From the NCBI GenBank assembly GCA_902580215.1, contig CACHJT010000001.1, positions 41,775 to 105,774 of the forward strand: a stretch of DNA of 64,000 bases, read 5' to 3'. The translations under genes were made by a program, and so were the position numbers. The stretch is from an uncultured Candidatus Actinomarina sp. Its GTDB lineage: Bacteria > Actinomycetota > Acidimicrobiia > Actinomarinales > Actinomarinaceae. Positions 59,611 through 64,000 of this stretch are shown one piece after another (the stretch's first letter is position 1; the number at the start of each line of letters is the position of its first letter). The notes below the pieces were generated by a model that did no database searches, was not told the origin of the DNA, and saw only the letters and a list, made by a program, of their open reading frames with translations.

Positions 59611-59883
59611 TTAGTTTAAAGCGTCTTTTAATCCTTTTGCAGCTTTAAAAGCTGGTGCATTCTTCGCAGCAATTTGGATTGTTTCTCCTGTTGCTGGATT
59701 CCTGCCTTGTCTTGCAGCCCTGTATCTTGACTCAAAAGTACCAAAACCAGCAATACTTACTTTATCGCCATTTTTCATACCATTTGTTACGCCATCGAAC
59801 ACGGCTTCTACAGCTTTTTTAGCATCTGATTGTGACAACCCTACTTCTGCTGCAACAACGCTTGCTAATTGATCTTTATTCAT
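59611..59883 (-). CDS. hup: DNA-binding protein HU
   Basis: 90 aa; MNKDQLASVVAAEVGLSQSDAKKAVEAVF... GFGTFESRYRAARQGRNPATGE arm motif. Confidence 0.92.
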   Translation of the reverse strand: MNKDQLASVVAAEVGLSQSDAKKAVEAVFDGVTNGMKNGDKVSIAGFGTFESRYRAARQGRNPATGETIQIAAKNAPAFKAAKGLKDALN

Positions 59884-60002
59884 AGCTGTTTAGCCTTTCT
59901 TTTTTGAGTTTTTATAAAACTCCTTACCAATAAGTATAGTTTTTTTTAATGATTTGTCTTAAAATCCTAAATTTATTGCCTTTTTTATAAAAAAGACTGA
60001 AT

Positions 60003-60941
60003 TTATTGACTTAATATGCTATTGAGCTCTTCTACTTTTGCTTTAACAGCCTCTGAAGCGCCTTTTAAAGCGTTTAGTTCACTTTCTTCAAGGTCAATTT
60101 CAACTACCTCAGTAACACCATTTGATCCAAGCTTTGTTGGAACTCCTAAAAATACATCATTTATACCAAATTCACCATCTACCCAAGAGCATGCAGGCAT
60201 TACTTCATTGGAATCTGAAACTATTGACTTAACCATTGTTGCTGCAGCAGACGAAGGTGCAAAATATGCACTTCCAGTTTTAAGTAATCCAACAATTTCA
60301 GCACCACCATCAGAAGTCTTTTGAACTAATTCTGAAATCTCATCATTACTGAGTAGTTCATTAAGTGGTTTTCCTGCAACTCTGCACTGTGACGGAACTG
60401 GAACCATTGTTTCTCCATGACTTCCAAGTGTTAATGCCTCTATTTCATTCATGTTTACATTTAATTTTTCAGAAATAAAGTATGCAAATCGAGAAGAGTC
60501 TAAAACTCCTGCTTGTCCAATTACTTTGTTTTTAGGTAACCCAGAAACTTGAGAAACTAGAGTTGTCATTTGATCTAGTGGATTTGTAACAACAATAATG
60601 ATTGGTGATTTAGAATAGTTAAGAATATTTTTTGTAACATCACTGACTATGTTTGCATTAACTTCAAGTAAATCCATTCTGGTCATACCTGGTTTTCTTG
60701 GTAAGCCGGCGGTAATTACAACGACATCGCTGTCAGCAGTGTCTTCATAATCATTAGTTCCAATTATTTTGCTAGAAAAATTTTCTACATATCTTGATTG
60801 GTTCATATCTAACGCTAATCCTTGTGGAAGGCCGTCAACAATGTCTGTCATCACAACTGAATCAACAAGATCATACTCAGCAACTCTAAGTGCAGTCATA
60901 GAACCGTATTTTCCAGCACCAACGACAGTCACTTTTTTCAT
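60003..60941 (-). CDS. mdh: malate dehydrogenase (LDH-like family)
   Basis: 312 aa; MKKVTVVGAGKYGSM Rossmann start, GSHGETMVP active-site His region. Confidence 0.88.
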   Translation of the reverse strand: MKKVTVVGAGKYGSMTALRVAEYDLVDSVVMTDIVDGLPQGLALDMNQSRYVENFSSKIIGTNDYEDTADSDVVVITAGLPRKPGMTRMDLLEVNANIVSDVTKNILNYSKSPIIIVVTNPLDQMTTLVSQVSGLPKNKVIGQAGVLDSSRFAYFISEKLNVNMNEIEALTLGSHGETMVPVPSQCRVAGKPLNELLSNDEISELVQKTSDGGAEIVGLLKTGSAYFAPSSAAATMVKSIVSDSNEVMPACSWVDGEFGINDVFLGVPTKLGSNGVTEVVEIDLEESELNALKGASEAVKAKVEELNSILSQ

Positions 60942-60942
60942 A

Positions 60943-62178
60943 TTAAAAACTTTCTATGTTTTCAACGAGACTTGAAGCAAAATCAGATGATGATAGTGTA
61001 GTGGCATTTTTTCGACCTCTAGCAAGATCGTACGTCACATTTCCTTCACTAATTGACTTCTCCATGGCTTTAATGATGAGATCTGAAGCTTCATTCCACC
61101 CCATATATCTAAACATCATCTCTCCAGACAATATCAATGAACCAGGATTTGCTTTGTCTTGACCAGCATGTTTTGGTGCTGTTCCATGGGTAGCTTCAAA
61201 AACTGATTTACCATTTTCATAATTAATGTTTCCTCCAGGACTGATACCAATTCCACCAATCTGTGCTGCTAATGCATCTGATGCATAATCGCCGTTTAAG
61301 TTTGTTGTAGCTATAACATCAAATTCCTGAGGTTTAATTAATATTTGCTGCAAGAAGGCATCTGCAATAACATCTTGTACTAAAATCTTATCTCCAGCAT
61401 CACCATTACAATCATCCCATGAAACAGCTACATCAGAAAATTCATTTTTGACTAATTCGTATCCCCAGGCTCTAAATGCTCCTTCTGTAAATTTCATAAT
61501 GTTTCCCTTATGAACAATGGCCAGATTTTTTTTGTTATTTTCTACAGCATAATTTAGTGCAGATCGAATTAGTCTTTCGGAGGCAGTTTTTGATATTGGT
61601 TTTATCCCAATTCCACTATCACTTCTAATTTCCCAATTGAATTCTTCTTTAAGAAATTTATTTAATTTAACAACATCATCTGAGTTCATTTCTAACTCTT
61701 TCCCTGAATAGACATCTTCAGTGTTTTCACGAAATAATGCAATATCTACATTTCCTGGATTCTTTGTTGGTGTCTCAACCCCTTCAAACCATCTAAGTGG
61801 CCTCAAACAGGCGTATAAATCCAATTTTTGCCTAATTGCAACATTGATTGACCTAATTCCTCCTCCAACTGGCGTTGTAAGAGGTCCTTTAATGCCAATT
61901 CCAAATTCATCAAACATTTCTATTGTCTTTTCTGGTAACCATTCACTTGTATTATCAAATGCTTTTTGACCAGCTAGTACTTCTTGCCATTCAATCTTTC
62001 TTTCGTTTGAATAAGCTTTTTCAACAGCAGCATCGAAAACTCTCTGTGAAGCAGGCCAAATATCTATGCCTATACCATCTCCTTCAATAAAAGGTATAAC
62101 GGGTTTATCTGTATCAAATGAATCTCTGGTTTTTTGAATTGCTAATTCTAAATCTTTTCTGTTTAAATTTTCATTCAT
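60943..62178 (-). CDS. icd: isocitrate dehydrogenase (NADP-dependent, prokaryotic homodimeric type)
   Basis: 411 aa; [32 protein letters not shown] motifs. Confidence 0.9.
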   Translation of the reverse strand: MNENLNRKDLELAIQKTRDSFDTDKPVIPFIEGDGIGIDIWPASQRVFDAAVEKAYSNERKIEWQEVLAGQKAFDNTSEWLPEKTIEMFDEFGIGIKGPLTTPVGGGIRSINVAIRQKLDLYACLRPLRWFEGVETPTKNPGNVDIALFRENTEDVYSGKELEMNSDDVVKLNKFLKEEFNWEIRSDSGIGIKPISKTASERLIRSALNYAVENNKKNLAIVHKGNIMKFTEGAFRAWGYELVKNEFSDVAVSWDDCNGDAGDKILVQDVIADAFLQQILIKPQEFDVIATTNLNGDYASDALAAQIGGIGISPGGNINYENGKSVFEATHGTAPKHAGQDKANPGSLILSGEMMFRYMGWNEASDLIIKAMEKSISEGNVTYDLARGRKNATTLSSSDFASSLVENIESF

Positions 62179-63044
62179 ACAACATCCTTAATGGCCTGAC
62201 CGATTCTTGTTGGATTTTCAACGACATTTGCACCAGCATCAGTCAGTGCTTCAATTTTAGCACTAGCCGTACCTTTGTTTCCAGAAACAATTGCTCCTGC
62301 ATGGCCCATTTTTTTCCCTGGTGGAGCTGTTAGTCCAGCAATGTAAGAAACAACAGGTTTAGTTACATTCTTCTTAATAAACTCTGCTGCTTCCTCTTCA
62401 GCACTTCCACCTATTTCACCAATCATAACAATAGCTTCTGTTTGTGAATCGTTTTGAAAAGCATCAAGTACATCTATAAAAGATGTTCCTGGAACTGGGT
62501 CTCCCCCAATACCAATACAAGTTGATTGGCCTATGTTTAAATTTGTTAATTCAAGAACTGCTTGATAAGTTAAAGTTCCAGACCTAGATACAACACCGAC
62601 GTTTCCTTCCATGGTAATTTCATGAGGCATAATTCCAACATTAGATTTACCTGGAGAAATTAATCCAGGGCAATTTGGACCGAGTAATCTTGAAGATGTT
62701 TTTTCTTTTAAGAGGTCATACATCTCTGCTTCATCTTTAGCAGGGATTCCTTCAGTAATACATACTATTAAATCACACCCAGCATACGCAGCTTCTAAAA
62801 CTGCATCTTTTGCAAATGGTGGTGGGACAAATGTCATAGCTGTATTTGCTCCCGTTGCTTCTACAGCTTCTTCAACTGTATTGAAAATTGGAATTCCCTC
62901 TACAGATTCTCCACCCTTACCAGGCCTAGTGCCCGCAACAACTTTTGTACCATAATCCCTATTTCTCAATGCATGAAACTTTCCCTGTTCTCCAGTAAGT
63001 CCTTGAACTACAACTTTTGTTTCATTATCAATAAAGATAGACAT
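62175..63044 (-). CDS. sucD: succinyl-CoA synthetase alpha subunit
   Basis: 289 aa. CoA-binding GxxGxxG ([14 protein letters not shown]) and phosphohistidine loop GHAGAIV. Confidence 0.92.
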   Translation of the reverse strand: MSIFIDNETKVVVQGLTGEQGKFHALRNRDYGTKVVAGTRPGKGGESVEGIPIFNTVEEAVEATGANTAMTFVPPPFAKDAVLEAAYAGCDLIVCITEGIPAKDEAEMYDLLKEKTSSRLLGPNCPGLISPGKSNVGIMPHEITMEGNVGVVSRSGTLTYQAVLELTNLNIGQSTCIGIGGDPVPGTSFIDVLDAFQNDSQTEAIVMIGEIGGSAEEEAAEFIKKNVTKPVVSYIAGLTAPPGKKMGHAGAIVSGNKGTASAKIEALTDAGANVVENPTRIGQAIKDVV

Positions 63045-64000
63045 TAGATTGCTCCTTCAACTGCTAACTTAGCTGCTTCATCCATAGAGCTAGAAATTGT
63101 AATTTTTTCATTTGTATTTTGTTCCAAAATAGATAATCCTTCTTTTGAATTAGTTCCATCAAGCCTTACAATTATCGGCCATTTAAGTTCTTTACCTTTA
63201 GTGGCTTCAACTATGCCATTGGCTACAAGGTCGCACCTTGTAATTCCCCCAAAGATATTAATTAGTACACTTTTGACATTATCTTCTGATTCCAATACTT
63301 CTAGTGCTGCCGTAACTGTCTCTGCTTTTGCGCCACCGCCTATGTCTAAAAAATTTGCTGCCATTCCACCATGTTCAGATACAACATCAAGCGTGGACAT
63401 CACTAATCCTGCACCATTACCAATAATTCCAACACTCCCCTCAAGCTTTATAAAATTAAGGTTTTTTTCTTTGGCAAATTGCTCAGACACTGGAATAGGT
63501 ATTTCATTTTCGAAATCTTTAAAATTTTCGTGTCTATAAATAGCATTCATATCTAGTGAAACTTTTGAATCTAAAGCAGAAACTCCATTGTTTGTAATTG
63601 CTAGTGGATTAACCTCAACTAAATCACAATCACCTTCTACAAATAATTTGTATAAGTTTGAAATAACATCACTTAATTCATCTTTATAACTTTCATTGAG
63701 TTTTGCATCCTCTATTGACTTAATGATTGTTTCCGAATCTAACCCTTTGGATGGAGAAATATGAAGCATTATTAAGTCTTCTGGGTTATTTTCTGCTACT
63801 TCTTCAATATCCATACCTCCTTTTGCACTGAGCATCATTAAGTAAGATTTTGCTGATCTATCAAGTGTGAAAGAAATATAATACTCTTCTAATATATCTG
63901 AAGCCTCTTCTAATAAAAGACTCTCCACAATATGGCCTTTGATATCCATTCCTAAAATTTCACCTGAAAATTTTGAAAGTTCATCAAAATCTTTTGCGAC
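63044..64000 (-). CDS. sucC: succinyl-CoA synthetase beta subunit (partial, N-terminus beyond window end)
   Basis: C-terminal ligase-CoA domain ([29 protein letters not shown]). The frame remains open to the window edge. Confidence 0.85.
   Translation of the reverse strand, partial: VAKDFDELSKFSGEILGMDIKGHIVESLLLEEASDILEEYYISFTLDRSAKSYLMMLSAKGGMDIEEVAENNPEDLIMLHISPSKGLDSETIIKSIEDAKLNESYKDELSDVISNLYKLFVEGDCDLVEVNPLAITNNGVSALDSKVSLDMNAIYRHENFKDFENEIPIPVSEQFAKEKNLNFIKLEGSVGIIGNGAGLVMSTLDVVSEHGGMAANFLDIGGGAKAETVTAALEVLESEDNVKSVLINIFGGITRCDLVANGIVEATKGKELKWPIIVRLDGTNSKEGLSILEQNTNEKITISSSMDEAAKLAVEGAI

Noticed and set aside
59979-59994. Perfect AT-only palindrome CTTTTTTATAAAAAAG downstream of mdh
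   Set aside because: It is a pure A/T hairpin with negligible stability and is common by chance in AT-rich DNA. It is not convincing as a terminator or operator.
1-64000. CRISPR array, integrase, transposase or prophage genes
   Set aside because: I looked for regularly spaced direct repeats and for recombinase, terminase or capsid-like ORFs and found none. The only repeats are the 12-mer at 31343/34891 and the 7-mer half-sites.

Overview
The 64-kb window reads as a gene-dense, AT-rich (roughly one-third G+C by eye) chromosome segment from a streamlined actinobacterium. Placing it in marine Ca. Actinomarinales-like lineages is inference only. Actinobacterial signatures are a UPF0182 membrane protein next to a PDZ/Lon (YlbL-like) protease, a WhiB regulator, and the order tig-clpP-clpX / valS-folC-ndk / mreBCD-mrdA-rodA / rne-rplU-rpmA-obg-proB-proA. 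Almost all of the window is core housekeeping: the long minus-strand translation/cell-shape/proline cluster, a divergent two-sided tRNA cluster, acetyl-CoA metabolism, TCA genes (acn, sdhCDAB, mdh, icd, sucCD), and a Liv-type ABC transporter with an embedded acyl-CoA ligase. The one clearly accessory stretch is about 28.3-35.0 kb, between aconitase and a GMC oxidoreductase. It holds a standalone Cas4/RecB-like PD-(D/E)XK nuclease with Fe-S cysteine triads, a membrane-anchored metzincin protease, and a compact cassette: membrane protein, HTH protein, unknown protein, putative restriction endonuclease, and a convergent C5-cytosine methyltransferase. That cassette is bracketed by an exact 12-bp repeat, TTTTGTCATACC, embedded in TGACAAA/TTTGTCA inverted-repeat clusters that look like operators. 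I read this as a type II R-M / defence islet with a candidate controller circuit; no CRISPR array, integrase or transposase is visible. Other points worth follow-up are an Ile-rich leader peptide (MKKIIIII) plus terminator hairpin directly upstream of a LeuA/CimA-family synthase, a translin-family-like protein unusual for bacteria, an unannotated 51-aa Cys-rich ORF translationally abutting uppP, and palindromes in the whiB-sdhC divergent region.
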